NCBI GenBank assembly: GCA_963978095.1
Contig: CAXBQP010000028.1
Location: forward strand, 1 to 42,047
Direction: 5' to 3'
DNA from: an uncultured bacterium
GTDB taxonomy: Bacteria > Gemmatimonadota > Gemmatimonadetes > Gemmatimonadales > Gemmatimonadaceae
Length of the DNA: 42,047 bases
Shown here: positions 9,319-17,945 of the stretch, in pieces
Layout of the letters: every line of letters begins with the position of its first letter
Position numbering within the stretch: position 1 is the stretch's first letter
Translations under genes and position numbers: made by a program
Notes under the pieces: model-generated
What the model was told of the DNA's origin: nothing
The model's input: the letters and a program-made list of their open reading frames with translations, nothing else
Databases searched by the model: none

Positions 9319-10269
9319 ATGACCTCGGACAGCAATCGCCCCTTCACGCACACAACCCTCATCCACGTGACACATCCTGCCGGCATCCTTCGAGCAACGG
9401 CTTGTGCGCTGGTGATCGCTGCGGTGGACCCAGCGGCGCTGATGGCACAATCTGCGACGGCCTCGACCGTCGAACGTTTTGATCTGTCAGGCGTGGCGCC
9501 CCGCGGCGTGACTGAGCAGTCGTTGCGCGATCGGGTGGCCCGCCATCACGCAGGAGACATGGCCGACGCGATTGCCATCCAACGCGCGTTGGCCGCGTAC
9601 TATCTGACGCACGGAGACACCCTGCGCGCGAACGCAGCCGCGGCACTCCGTGATGGAGGAAAACCCGCGGGTGCCATGGCGCGGTATGGCGACGTGCCGG
9701 CGAAGACGTACGGCGAGGTGCCAGCGAAAAAGTATGGCGACGTCCCGGCGAAAACGTACGGTGAGCTGCCAGCGAAAACGTATGGCGACGTGCCGGCGCC
9801 GCGCTACGATGCCCCGGCGTCCTCGGCCGCGCCTACGACGCGAGGCACCACCGGCCGGGATCCGGCGCCTGTTCGCGAAAGGGCGTCAACAGCACCCACG
9901 CCTCCGGGTGCCTCGCCGTCCGGCGCACAGGACATGCATTTCTTCCACATGGCGGATCCTGCGCACGAAGACCTGTGGGATTTCAAGGCGGACGGGAGTT
10001 TTTCGCACACCGAGGTCGGCGGGCAAGGCGGCGTTTCCGCGCGAACGTCCGAGACCGGCACCTACGCGATCGCGAATGGCACGCTGGTGGTCAACGTGAC
10101 GCAACGTATCGGCGCAGCCGCGGTCACCGGCAGTGGACAGCGCAACACGTTGACGGCGGACCAATCCGCGACGTCGGAGACGCGCAAGTACACGATCTCC
10201 TTGCTCGGTGTCCGAGGGGCAAGTGGCATGTTGCTGAACGGCGTTCGTTACTACGTCAAGAACTGGTAG
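9319..10269 (+). CDS. Hypothetical exported protein with Tyr octapeptide repeats and a lipocalin-like C-terminal domain
   Basis: Hydrophobic leader ending ALMA-Q (start uncertain). Repeats. P/A/T linker. C-terminal WDFKADGSF...ETGTYAIANGTLVV. Confidence 0.8.
   Translation: MTSDSNRPFTHTTLIHVTHPAGILRATACALVIAAVDPAALMAQSATASTVERFDLSGVAPRGVTEQSLRDRVARHHAGDMADAIAIQRALAAYYLTHGDTLRANAAAALRDGGKPAGAMARYGDVPAKTYGEVPAKKYGDVPAKTYGELPAKTYGDVPAPRYDAPASSAAPTTRGTTGRDPAPVRERASTAPTPPGASPSGAQDMHFFHMADPAHEDLWDFKADGSFSHTEVGGQGGVSARTSETGTYAIANGTLVVNVTQRIGAAAVTGSGQRNTLTADQSATSETRKYTISLLGVRGASGMLLNGVRYYVKNW
9685..9804 (+). repeat. 5 x 24-nt in-frame tandem repeat (YG[D/E][V/L]PAK[T/K])
   Basis: Units start at 9685, 9709, 9733, 9757 and 9781, e.g. 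TATGGCGACGTGCCGGCGAAGACG / TACGGCGAGGTGCCAGCGAAAAAG. The fifth unit diverges to YGDVPAPR. Confidence 0.95.
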
Positions 10270-10308
10270 ACCCGCTGGCGGGTGTTTGTACGGCGGCCTC
10301 TCGTCGCG

Positions 10309-11622
10309 TTACTGCACCCGCCCGAACCGCAGATACTCCAGCGCCATCCCCGCCATCACCCGCATCCCCGTCGGTAGCGCGGCATCGTCGCCCTCGAACA
10401 GCGGGGAGTGATTGGTCGCCGCGGTCTTCCAGTCCTTGGTCGGCGGGGTCACGCCGAGACTCACGAACACCCCGCCGCGCGGGGCCTTGGCCGCGAAACG
10501 GCCGAAGTCCTCGCCGGCGGAGCTGGGGTCACTCACCCGAAAGAGTCCCGCGCCGGCCGCGCGCTGCAGCGTGGGCGTCAGGCGCGCCACGAGGTCGGCG
10601 TTGTTCACGGTCACATCGTAGCCGCGGGTGACGGTCACCGTCGCCGTTGCGCCGCTCCCCTGCGCAATCGACTCGGCGGTGCGGGCCAGCCGTTCGTGAA
10701 TCGTCTTCCGCATGGACTCGTCGTACGTGCGGATCGTGCCGATCATCCACGCCGAGTCGGGGATGATGTTCTCCCGCAGCCCGCCCTGGAAGGCTCCGAC
10801 TGTGACCACTGCCGGTGCGGTGGAGAGGTTGATTTGCCGGCTCACAATGGTCTGGATGCCGATCACGATCTGCGCGCCGATCACGATTGGGTCCACGCCG
10901 CCGGAGGGAAAGGCGCCGTGCGTCTGCTTGCCGTGGACCACGATCCGGAACTGGTCCGAGGCCGCGGTGATGCCGCCGGCACGCACCGCGACTTCGCCGA
11001 GCTTGCCTGCGCCGACATGCAACCCGAACACCGCCTCGACGGCGGGGTCACGCAGCGCCCCCGCGTCGATCATCGGCGCCGCGCCGCCGAGCGGGGGCGC
11101 TTCCTCGGCCGGCTGGAAGAGAAAGACCACCGTGCCCGGCAGTTGTGCGCGCATGTCGCTGAGCAGCTCGGCCGTCCCCATGAGGATCGCCACGTGCATG
11201 TCGTGACCGCAGGCGTGCATCACCCCCGTTTCGACACCGTTGTACGTGGTCCGCGTCGTGGACTTGTAGGGGAGATCGACCTGCTCGACGACCGGCAAGG
11301 CGTCCATCTCGGCACGTAGTCCGACGACCGGGCCCGGTTTCCCTCCGCGCAGGATCCCCACCACGCCGTTGCCGCCGACCCCGGTGCGGACCTCGAGCCC
11401 GAGTTTGCGCAGGTGCGCGGCCACCAAGGCAGCGGTGCGGGTCTCCTGGTTGGAGAGCTCCGGATGTTGATGGATGTCGTGCCGCCACCCGGCGACTGTT
11501 CCCGCGAGCGCGGCGGCGCGGCGCTCGATCTCGGAGGTGAGCGCGTCCTGCGCGCGGCCGGCGGACGTGAAGAGTCCTAGGGCGAGAGCGAGCCGGGCGA
11601 GACGGGGAAGGGGAGCGCGCAT
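10309..11622 (-). CDS. Secreted M20D amidohydrolase
   Basis: HQHPELSNQE, LRAEMDALP, MHACGHD, FQPAEE, GEDF, NHSP. Signal peptide from ATG 11622. Confidence 0.93.
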   Translation of the reverse strand: MRAPLPRLARLALALGLFTSAGRAQDALTSEIERRAAALAGTVAGWRHDIHQHPELSNQETRTAALVAAHLRKLGLEVRTGVGGNGVVGILRGGKPGPVVGLRAEMDALPVVEQVDLPYKSTTRTTYNGVETGVMHACGHDMHVAILMGTAELLSDMRAQLPGTVVFLFQPAEEAPPLGGAAPMIDAGALRDPAVEAVFGLHVGAGKLGEVAVRAGGITAASDQFRIVVHGKQTHGAFPSGGVDPIVIGAQIVIGIQTIVSRQINLSTAPAVVTVGAFQGGLRENIIPDSAWMIGTIRTYDESMRKTIHERLARTAESIAQGSGATATVTVTRGYDVTVNNADLVARLTPTLQRAAGAGLFRVSDPSSAGEDFGRFAAKAPRGGVFVSLGVTPPTKDWKTAATNHSPLFEGDDAALPTGMRVMAGMALEYLRFGRVQ

Positions 11623-11721
11623 GGGCGGTTGGTGGAGAGAGGGAGGGATGGACCCGCGGTACGATAGTTTCGCGGCGCGCGATTGACGAGGGGGCGGGGC
11701 TCGCGCAGGGTTGCTATTCGA

Positions 11722-11746
11722 TGTTATAACAGTCATTGTTATAACA
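11722..11746. promoter_or_regulatory. Double palindromic operator (probable MarR site)
   Basis: TGTTATAACA-GTCAT-TGTTATAACA, 34 nt upstream of marR. Confidence 0.75.
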
Positions 11747-11780
11747 GGTAGTAGTCCTTCTTTCGACCGGTGGTCGCCAC

Positions 11781-12245
11781 ATGCCCGTCACACGTCGTTC
11801 TGCGCCTCGTGCCTCCCGCGCGGGACCGGTGCTCGAATCCGACAGCTACCTCGCCATCCTGCGGACGGCGGACCTCCTGCGCCGACAGTCGGCGGACGTC
11901 CTGAAAGGGCATGGGCTCACGCTCGCCCAGTACAACGTGCTGCGGATCCTGCGCGGGGCGGGCAGCGAGGGGCATCTCACCGGCGAGATCGGCGCGCGGC
12001 TCGTCGTGCAGGAGCCGGACGTGCCGCGCCTGATTGACCGGTTGGAGCAGAAGGGGTGGGTGACGCGCCGTCGCGAAGTCGAGGATCGGCGGTGCGTGCG
12101 CGTGCACCTCACCAGGACGGGGCGCACGCTCGTCGACGGACTCGATGCCCCGATTCTCGCGATGCACCGGCGCCAGTTCGCCGCGCTCTCCGCGTCCCGC
12201 CTGCAGTCACTGCTCGATGCATTGCTCACCATTCAGACCACCTGA
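11781..12245 (+). CDS. MarR-family transcriptional regulator
   Basis: GLTLAQYNVLRIL, DVPRLIDRLEQKGWVTR, EDRRCVRVHLT. Confidence 0.95.
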   Translation: MPVTRRSAPRASRAGPVLESDSYLAILRTADLLRRQSADVLKGHGLTLAQYNVLRILRGAGSEGHLTGEIGARLVVQEPDVPRLIDRLEQKGWVTRRREVEDRRCVRVHLTRTGRTLVDGLDAPILAMHRRQFAALSASRLQSLLDALLTIQTT

Positions 12246-12248
12246 CCC

Positions 12249-13235
12249 ATGACCGCCCACCGCGACCTCGACGCCCTCGACGGCGTCTCATTTCCCGCCG
12301 ACCACACAGGCGTGACCCCCGGCTCGTACGGAATCGCCCCCACCGGATTCCGGTTGCCGGACTCCACACGGCTGGGAGCCGTCACGCTGCGCATTGCGGA
12401 TCTGGATCGCTCGGTGGCGTTCTATACTGACCTGCTGGGCTTTCGCGTGGTGGAGCGCACGGCATCGCGCGCGGTGCTCGGCGTGGCGGGTGACGATCGG
12501 GCGTTGGTGGTCCTGGAGGAACGCCCTGGGGTCGCGCCGCTCCCGGCGCGCGGACGGACGGGGCTCTTTCACGTGGCCATTCTGCTCCCGACGCGCGGTG
12601 ATCTCGGACGGCTCGTGCACCATCTCGCGTCGCGCGGAGTCGCCGTCGGCGCGGGGGATCATCTGGTGAGTGAAGCGTTCTATCTGCATGACCCGGACGG
12701 ACTCGGTCTTGAGCTGTATCGCGACCGGCCGCGAGCGGAGTGGCGGCGCATCGACCGTGAACTCGTGATGGCGACCGATCCTGTGGATGTCGGCGCCGTC
12801 GTCGCGTCGGGGGCGTCGCGCCCGTGGGAGGGGATGCCGGCGGGCACGACGATCGGGCATGTGCATCTGCGGGTCGGTGCACTTGACGCGGCCAGGGCGT
12901 TCTACGCCGACCAGCTCGGCTTTGACCTGATGGTGTGGAGCTATCCCGGCGCGTTGTTCTTCGGTGCGGGCGGCTATCACCATCATCTCGGGGCGAACGT
13001 GTGGGGCGGGGGCAGTGCCGGGCCGGCGCGGGAGAACGAAGCGGCGCTGGCGGAATGGGTGATCGAAATGCCGGGGATGGAGCGCGTCGCGGCCCAGGCG
13101 GCGCTGGATCGGGTCGCCGAGGGATTGGCGCGTGGCGGGTATGTCGTGGCGCGTGACGCTGAGGGTGGCGTGAGCACGCAGGACCCGTGGGGGACTGCCG
13201 TGCGTCTCATCGCCGGGGGGAGCACGAGCCGGTAG
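12249..13235 (+). CDS. VOC/glyoxalase family protein, CatE-like ring-cleavage dioxygenase
   Basis: GLFHVAILLP, GDHLVSEAFYLHDPDGLGLELYRD, IGHVHL, GGYHHHLGANVW. Confidence 0.9.
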   Translation: MTAHRDLDALDGVSFPADHTGVTPGSYGIAPTGFRLPDSTRLGAVTLRIADLDRSVAFYTDLLGFRVVERTASRAVLGVAGDDRALVVLEERPGVAPLPARGRTGLFHVAILLPTRGDLGRLVHHLASRGVAVGAGDHLVSEAFYLHDPDGLGLELYRDRPRAEWRRIDRELVMATDPVDVGAVVASGASRPWEGMPAGTTIGHVHLRVGALDAARAFYADQLGFDLMVWSYPGALFFGAGGYHHHLGANVWGGGSAGPARENEAALAEWVIEMPGMERVAAQAALDRVAEGLARGGYVVARDAEGGVSTQDPWGTAVRLIAGGSTSR

Positions 13236-13247
13236 ATTCCTCGGCAT

Positions 13248-14429
13248 ATGCCACCCTATCGATTCTCGATCATCGCCGCAGCACGCGTAGGCGTCTGCGT
13301 GCTGGTCGGCGCCTGCGGGACGCGCACCGCGCCGGCGCCAAGGTTTTCGGCACCGGCGCGTTCGGTGGCTGACACGATTGTCACGCGGCAATTGGCGCCC
13401 GGTGTGATGCAGCATGATCTGGTGCGCAATGCGGGACCGCTCCGGGCGCATGTGCTGGACATCGATTTGTCGCAGTGTGTGCGCATCCAGGTGGTGAAGG
13501 GCTTCCCGACCGCGGTGGGGCGCACGACCACCACGGCGTTGCTGCAGGGGGTTCCGGCGGCCGACCGCGCGATCGCTGCGGTGAATGCGGATTTCTTCGT
13601 CTTCACGCCCCCCGGGGTGCCGGTGAATGCTCTGGTCGTCGACGGCCGCGTGTTGTCGGGGCCGGTAAAGCGTCCGGTGCTCGCGTTCGATACGGCGCAG
13701 CGTCCGTACATCGGTACGCTCGCGGTGGAGGGAGCGGTCGTGTCATCACGCGCGCGCCAACCGGTGTCGGGGTGGAATCGTCCCAGCGCGACGGGGCTTG
13801 GCGTGGTGGATGCGTTGTGGGGGCAGCCGCTGGACACGGCGGTTCGGCGGACGGCATTGCAGTTGCGTCCGACCCAGCCGGCGACGGGCGCGGTGGGCGT
13901 GCCGCGCTACGTGCTCACCGCGCTCGCGGCTTCGCACGACGGCATGGCACGCGGCGATACGCTCGTGCTCGTCGGCCGGGCCCGCGGTGCGCTCCAGGTG
14001 GGCGACACGGTGACGGTGCATCGCACGATGGTGCCGTTCCTGCCGACGCAGGCGGTCGGCGGCTTTCCGCTCCTGCTCCGCGACAGCGTGATCGTCCCGA
14101 CCGTGGATACGGACGGCGCGGAGAGCTTTCGTGGGCTGAATCCGCGGACGGCGGTCGGCTACGCGGCCGGTGGGCGCCGCCTGATGCTCGTGGTGATCGA
14201 TGGTCGCCAGCCCGGCTACAGTGTGGGGACCACGATCCGGGAGACCGCGGCGCTCCTTCGCGATCTGGGGGCGCGTGAGGGGGTGAACCTCGACGGGGGC
14301 GGGTCGACGGCGATGGTGGTGCGAGATCCCGCGACAGGCCGGACGCAGACGGTGAACAAGCCGTCCGACGCCACCGGCGAGCGGCCGGTGGGTAATGCGG
14401 TGGTCGTCGCGGGGCGCTGTCGCGAGTAA
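13248..14429 (+). CDS. Phosphodiester glycosidase (NAGPA) family lipoprotein
   Basis: Lipobox LVGAC. AAVNADFF, NPRTAVG, VIDGRQ, NLDGGGST, ERPVGN. Confidence 0.9.
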   Translation: MPPYRFSIIAAARVGVCVLVGACGTRTAPAPRFSAPARSVADTIVTRQLAPGVMQHDLVRNAGPLRAHVLDIDLSQCVRIQVVKGFPTAVGRTTTTALLQGVPAADRAIAAVNADFFVFTPPGVPVNALVVDGRVLSGPVKRPVLAFDTAQRPYIGTLAVEGAVVSSRARQPVSGWNRPSATGLGVVDALWGQPLDTAVRRTALQLRPTQPATGAVGVPRYVLTALAASHDGMARGDTLVLVGRARGALQVGDTVTVHRTMVPFLPTQAVGGFPLLLRDSVIVPTVDTDGAESFRGLNPRTAVGYAAGGRRLMLVVIDGRQPGYSVGTTIRETAALLRDLGAREGVNLDGGGSTAMVVRDPATGRTQTVNKPSDATGERPVGNAVVVAGRCRE

Positions 14430-14492
14430 GCGGCCGCGCGGGGCTCGAGATCGCGCTTACCTGCAGGTCGATCGACGCCTAACTTTCACCGG

Positions 14493-15098
14493 ATGGAAAG
14501 CCGACCGACATCCAAGGGGTTCGCTGCGCAGGCCGGCACCGTACCGCGTCTCATCTCCATGCGACTGCGTGGCGGTGAAACCGCGAGCGGGACCGCGTAT
14601 CTGTTGCCGATCCAGTCGCTGGGGCCGTTCCTGAGCTCACGCAAAGGGGGGCTGCTGTCGCTGGCCGAGCCGAAGGGTTTCGACGCCAGCAAGACCGCGA
14701 GTCATGTGATCATTCGGACGTCGACCGTGTTGTTTGCGTGGGCCGATGACTTGAATCTTCCGGTGGATCACCGTCCGGCGGGCTCGGCGCGGCGGCGGAT
14801 TCACGTGGCGTTCGACGACGGCAGTTCGGTGGACGGCGTGATCACCTTCCCGGTGGGGATCCGCGTCAGTGATTTCCTGGCGCGTGCGGAAGAGTTCATC
14901 CCGTTGCGCGAGGTCAAACTCGCGGGGGCGTCGCGCGAGTTCGTGGATCTCGCGGTGAACTTCAATGCGGTGACGACGATTCGCGATCTTGGTCCGGTGT
15001 CATCGATGATGGCGACCGCGCCTGCGGCGCCGCTGCTGAGCACGGTGATCAAGCGGCGGCGGTCGAGCATCACCCTCCACGCGCCGGCGGATCTGTAG
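14493..15098 (+). CDS. Hypothetical protein with two similar ~70-aa beta domains (DUF6812-like)
   Basis: Halves ISMRLRGGETASG...LGPFLS...HVIIRTSTV and IHVAFDDGSSVDG...VSDFLA..EEFIPL...LAVNFNAV. Confidence 0.7.
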   Translation: MESRPTSKGFAAQAGTVPRLISMRLRGGETASGTAYLLPIQSLGPFLSSRKGGLLSLAEPKGFDASKTASHVIIRTSTVLFAWADDLNLPVDHRPAGSARRRIHVAFDDGSSVDGVITFPVGIRVSDFLARAEEFIPLREVKLAGASREFVDLAVNFNAVTTIRDLGPVSSMMATAPAAPLLSTVIKRRRSSITLHAPADL

Positions 15099-15113
15099 GA
15101 GCGGTGGTGCCCG

Positions 15114-16649
15114 TCAGGGCACCACGCGGGGCCACTTGGCGTCCAGGCGCGTCATGATGGCGGCAAAGGCGTCGATCCCGTCCCAGAGATTCTGAAGGCG
15201 GAGGTTCTCGTCCTTCGCGTGCTGGTTGTCGTCATGGTTCGCGATCGGAAAGACGATCAGCGGCACGTGGAGCGTACGCTCGAACACGCTGGTCGGGAGC
15301 GACCCTCCCATGGTCGGGAGGCGCAGGACGGGCTTGCCGAGCAGTTCGTCGAGTGTGCCGGTGAGGGCGATTGCGACCGGTTCGTCCTGGCGCACGCGGG
15401 AGGCTTCGTCGCCGCCGCCCCAGGTGACGCGGACGACCTTGGGGTGGGCGCGCCGCTCGTCGTCCGTCGCTGCGGCGTGCGTGACGTACCACCCCGTGGC
15501 CTTCAGGTGCGCTTCGACGAGTGCGCGAATGCGCTCGGGGCTCTGCTTGGGTACGAGCCGGAAGTCGATCGATGCCTTGGCTTCTGTCGCGATCGCGTTG
15601 GCGGCGAGTCCTTCCACTTGGCCCACTTTCAGCCCGCGGATGTTGAGCCCCGGCAGCATGATGCGTTCGGCGAGCAGGGCTCCGTCGGCTTCGGTGGCGC
15701 CGAGCAGGAGTTCGTGTCGGAGGGCGGCGTCGGTGTTGGGGAGCGCGCGCACCGCTGCGAGTTCCTCCGGTGTCGGTGGGACGACGTCGTCGTAGAAGTC
15801 CTTGATCAGGATGCGCCCGTCGGCATTGCGCAGCGATGTCACGAGTTCGGCGACGAGGATCCCCGGGTTCGGCACCCAGTTGCCGTAGTGGCCGCTATGC
15901 ATGGCGCGGGCCGGGCCGTAGACCGTGAGTTCAAGCCCCATGGTGCCGCGGACGCCGTAGACCACTTGGAGTTGGCGGCTGGCGTGCACGGGACTGTCGC
16001 AGAACAGCCACGCGTCCGCCCGGAGCAGACTCGCGTTGCGCTGCAGGAGATCGGCCAGATGGGCGGAGTTGGATTCTTCCTCTCCTTCGAAGAAGAACTT
16101 GAGATTGACGGTCGGTCGCTGGCCGGTGGCCTTCAGCGCGTCGAGCGCGTTCAGGATGGCGGCGATGGGGGCTTTGTCGTCGCCGGCGCCGCGCGCAAAG
16201 ATGCGGGCCTCGGGGTTCAGTCGGCCGGCGGTGGGGAAGGGGATGTCGACCCATTCCGCGCCGCGTGATTCGCGGAGCACGGGGGAGAAGGGGGCGCCGC
16301 CCTTCCACTCCTTGGGCTCGACCGGTTGGCCATCGTAGTGCGCATAGAGGACGATCGTGCGGGTGGCGCCGGGCGCGGTGAGTTCGCCATACACCACCGG
16401 GGGCCAGGTTCCGTTGCGCAGGAGCCGCGCGTCGACGCCGCGTCGTGCGAGCATCGCGACGATCTCGGTGGCGTTGCGCCGCAGGTTGAGGGAATCGGCG
16501 GCGACATTCGGGATGCGCAGGAACTCCGCGAATTCCTGGACGATCTGGGGCTCGCGGGCTTCGCGCCACTGACGGATCTGGTCGCGGGCGGACTGCCCAG
16601 CGAGAGCGAGGGGGAGCGAGAGGCCGAGGAGCACCGCACGAGCGCGCAT
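15114..16649 (-). CDS. Secreted M20/M25/M40 metallopeptidase
   Basis: YAHYDGQP, ARGAGDDK, FEGEEE, HSGHYG, NHDDNQH. Real start is MRARAVLL; the upstream extension in the ORF track is antisense shadow. Confidence 0.93.
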   Translation of the reverse strand: MRARAVLLGLSLPLALAGQSARDQIRQWREAREPQIVQEFAEFLRIPNVAADSLNLRRNATEIVAMLARRGVDARLLRNGTWPPVVYGELTAPGATRTIVLYAHYDGQPVEPKEWKGGAPFSPVLRESRGAEWVDIPFPTAGRLNPEARIFARGAGDDKAPIAAILNALDALKATGQRPTVNLKFFFEGEEESNSAHLADLLQRNASLLRADAWLFCDSPVHASRQLQVVYGVRGTMGLELTVYGPARAMHSGHYGNWVPNPGILVAELVTSLRNADGRILIKDFYDDVVPPTPEELAAVRALPNTDAALRHELLLGATEADGALLAERIMLPGLNIRGLKVGQVEGLAANAIATEAKASIDFRLVPKQSPERIRALVEAHLKATGWYVTHAAATDDERRAHPKVVRVTWGGGDEASRVRQDEPVAIALTGTLDELLGKPVLRLPTMGGSLPTSVFERTLHVPLIVFPIANHDDNQHAKDENLRLQNLWDGIDAFAAIMTRLDAKWPRVVP

Positions 16650-16796
16650 GGAGAATCCCGTCTGGAGGTGTGCCGTGAAGATGCCCTCTGGGGGAGCCCG
16701 TAAACAAGCGTCGCGGCGTGGCGGGACGTGCCGTGAGCGAGGGGGCGGCCGTGGGGTGTGGTTGCCGAAGGGGGAACCGCGCGCGAAATTTTCCCT

Positions 16797-17945
16797 ATGG
16801 CTCCCAAAGTGCTGGTCAGTGGCACGTTCGACCTCCTGCATAGCGGGCATGTGGCCTTCCTCACCGAGGCGGCGTCGTACGGGACGCTGCATGTGTGCGT
16901 GGGGCGCGATGAAGTGGTGCGCGAGCTCAAGGGGCGGTATCCCGTCAACTCCGAGATCGAACGGCAGTATCTGATCGCCGCGCTCAAGTGCGTGCATGAG
17001 TGCCGGATTTCGCGTGGCGATGGACTGCTGGATTTCGAGCCGGAGTTGCGCGAGCTCCGCCCGGACATTCTGGTGGTGAACACCGACGGTGCCCACGAGT
17101 CCAAAGCCGCATTGTGCCGAGCACTCGGCGTGCGCTACGTGGTGCTCGAGCGGGTTCCTGCCGGCGCCTTGCCGGCGCGCAGCACGACGACGCTCCGGAC
17201 GGAATGCGTGATTCCGTATCGGATCGACCTCGCGGGGGGCTGGCTCGACCAGCCCTGGGTCTCCAAGCACCACCCCGGGGCGGTGCTGACGATTTCCATC
17301 GAGCCCACGCACATGTTCAACGAGCGCAGCGGCATGGCCACGAGCACGCGGAAGAAGGCGATTGCGCTCTGGTGCAATCAGCTGCCCATGGGAGATCCGG
17401 AGCAGATGGCGAAGGTCCTGTTCAGCTACGAGAACCCGCCCGGCACGGTGGAGATCGCGGGGTCGCAGGATGCCATCGGGATCGTGATGCCCGGATTGAA
17501 TCGGTCGGAGTACGCGGGGGGGCATTGGCCGCGCGCGATCACGAGCGATGGTGATGAGTCGCGTCTGGCCTGGTTGGAAGCGCGACTGTGGCTCGTGCCT
17601 CTCGACCCTCGGGAGTCGGGGTACCGGGTGCTCTCGGACACGAATGTCAGTGTGGCCGGTGCCACGGCGCTCGCCAACGCGGCGGACGCCTGTTGGCACG
17701 GGATCCAATCCATGGACGCTGCGCGGACCGGGGCTGCCATGGCAGCCTCGTATGACGCGCAGATTGCGATGTTCCCACACATGGCGGCTCGCGATGTGCC
17801 CGCTATGATCGAACGATACCGCACGACCGCGCTCGGCTGGAAGCTCAGTGGGGCCGGCGGCGGCGGATATCTCACGCTGTTCTCGGAGCAGCCCATCACA
17901 GGAGCTTTGCGCGTGAAGATCCGCCGTCGGCATGCGGGGTTGTGA
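16797..17945 (+). CDS. Cytidylyltransferase-like (HIGH) nucleotidyltransferase fused to a GHMP sugar kinase
   Basis: N-terminal GTFDLLHSGH and RSTT. C-terminal PYRIDLAGG, SGMATST, GSQD, GWKLSGAGGGGY. Confidence 0.88.
   Translation: MAPKVLVSGTFDLLHSGHVAFLTEAASYGTLHVCVGRDEVVRELKGRYPVNSEIERQYLIAALKCVHECRISRGDGLLDFEPELRELRPDILVVNTDGAHESKAALCRALGVRYVVLERVPAGALPARSTTTLRTECVIPYRIDLAGGWLDQPWVSKHHPGAVLTISIEPTHMFNERSGMATSTRKKAIALWCNQLPMGDPEQMAKVLFSYENPPGTVEIAGSQDAIGIVMPGLNRSEYAGGHWPRAITSDGDESRLAWLEARLWLVPLDPRESGYRVLSDTNVSVAGATALANAADACWHGIQSMDAARTGAAMAASYDAQIAMFPHMAARDVPAMIERYRTTALGWKLSGAGGGGYLTLFSEQPITGALRVKIRRRHAGL

Noticed and set aside
9685..9804. 24-nt repeats as a CRISPR array
   Set aside because: The units are contiguous with no spacers, are in frame, vary largely at synonymous positions, and no cas genes are present.
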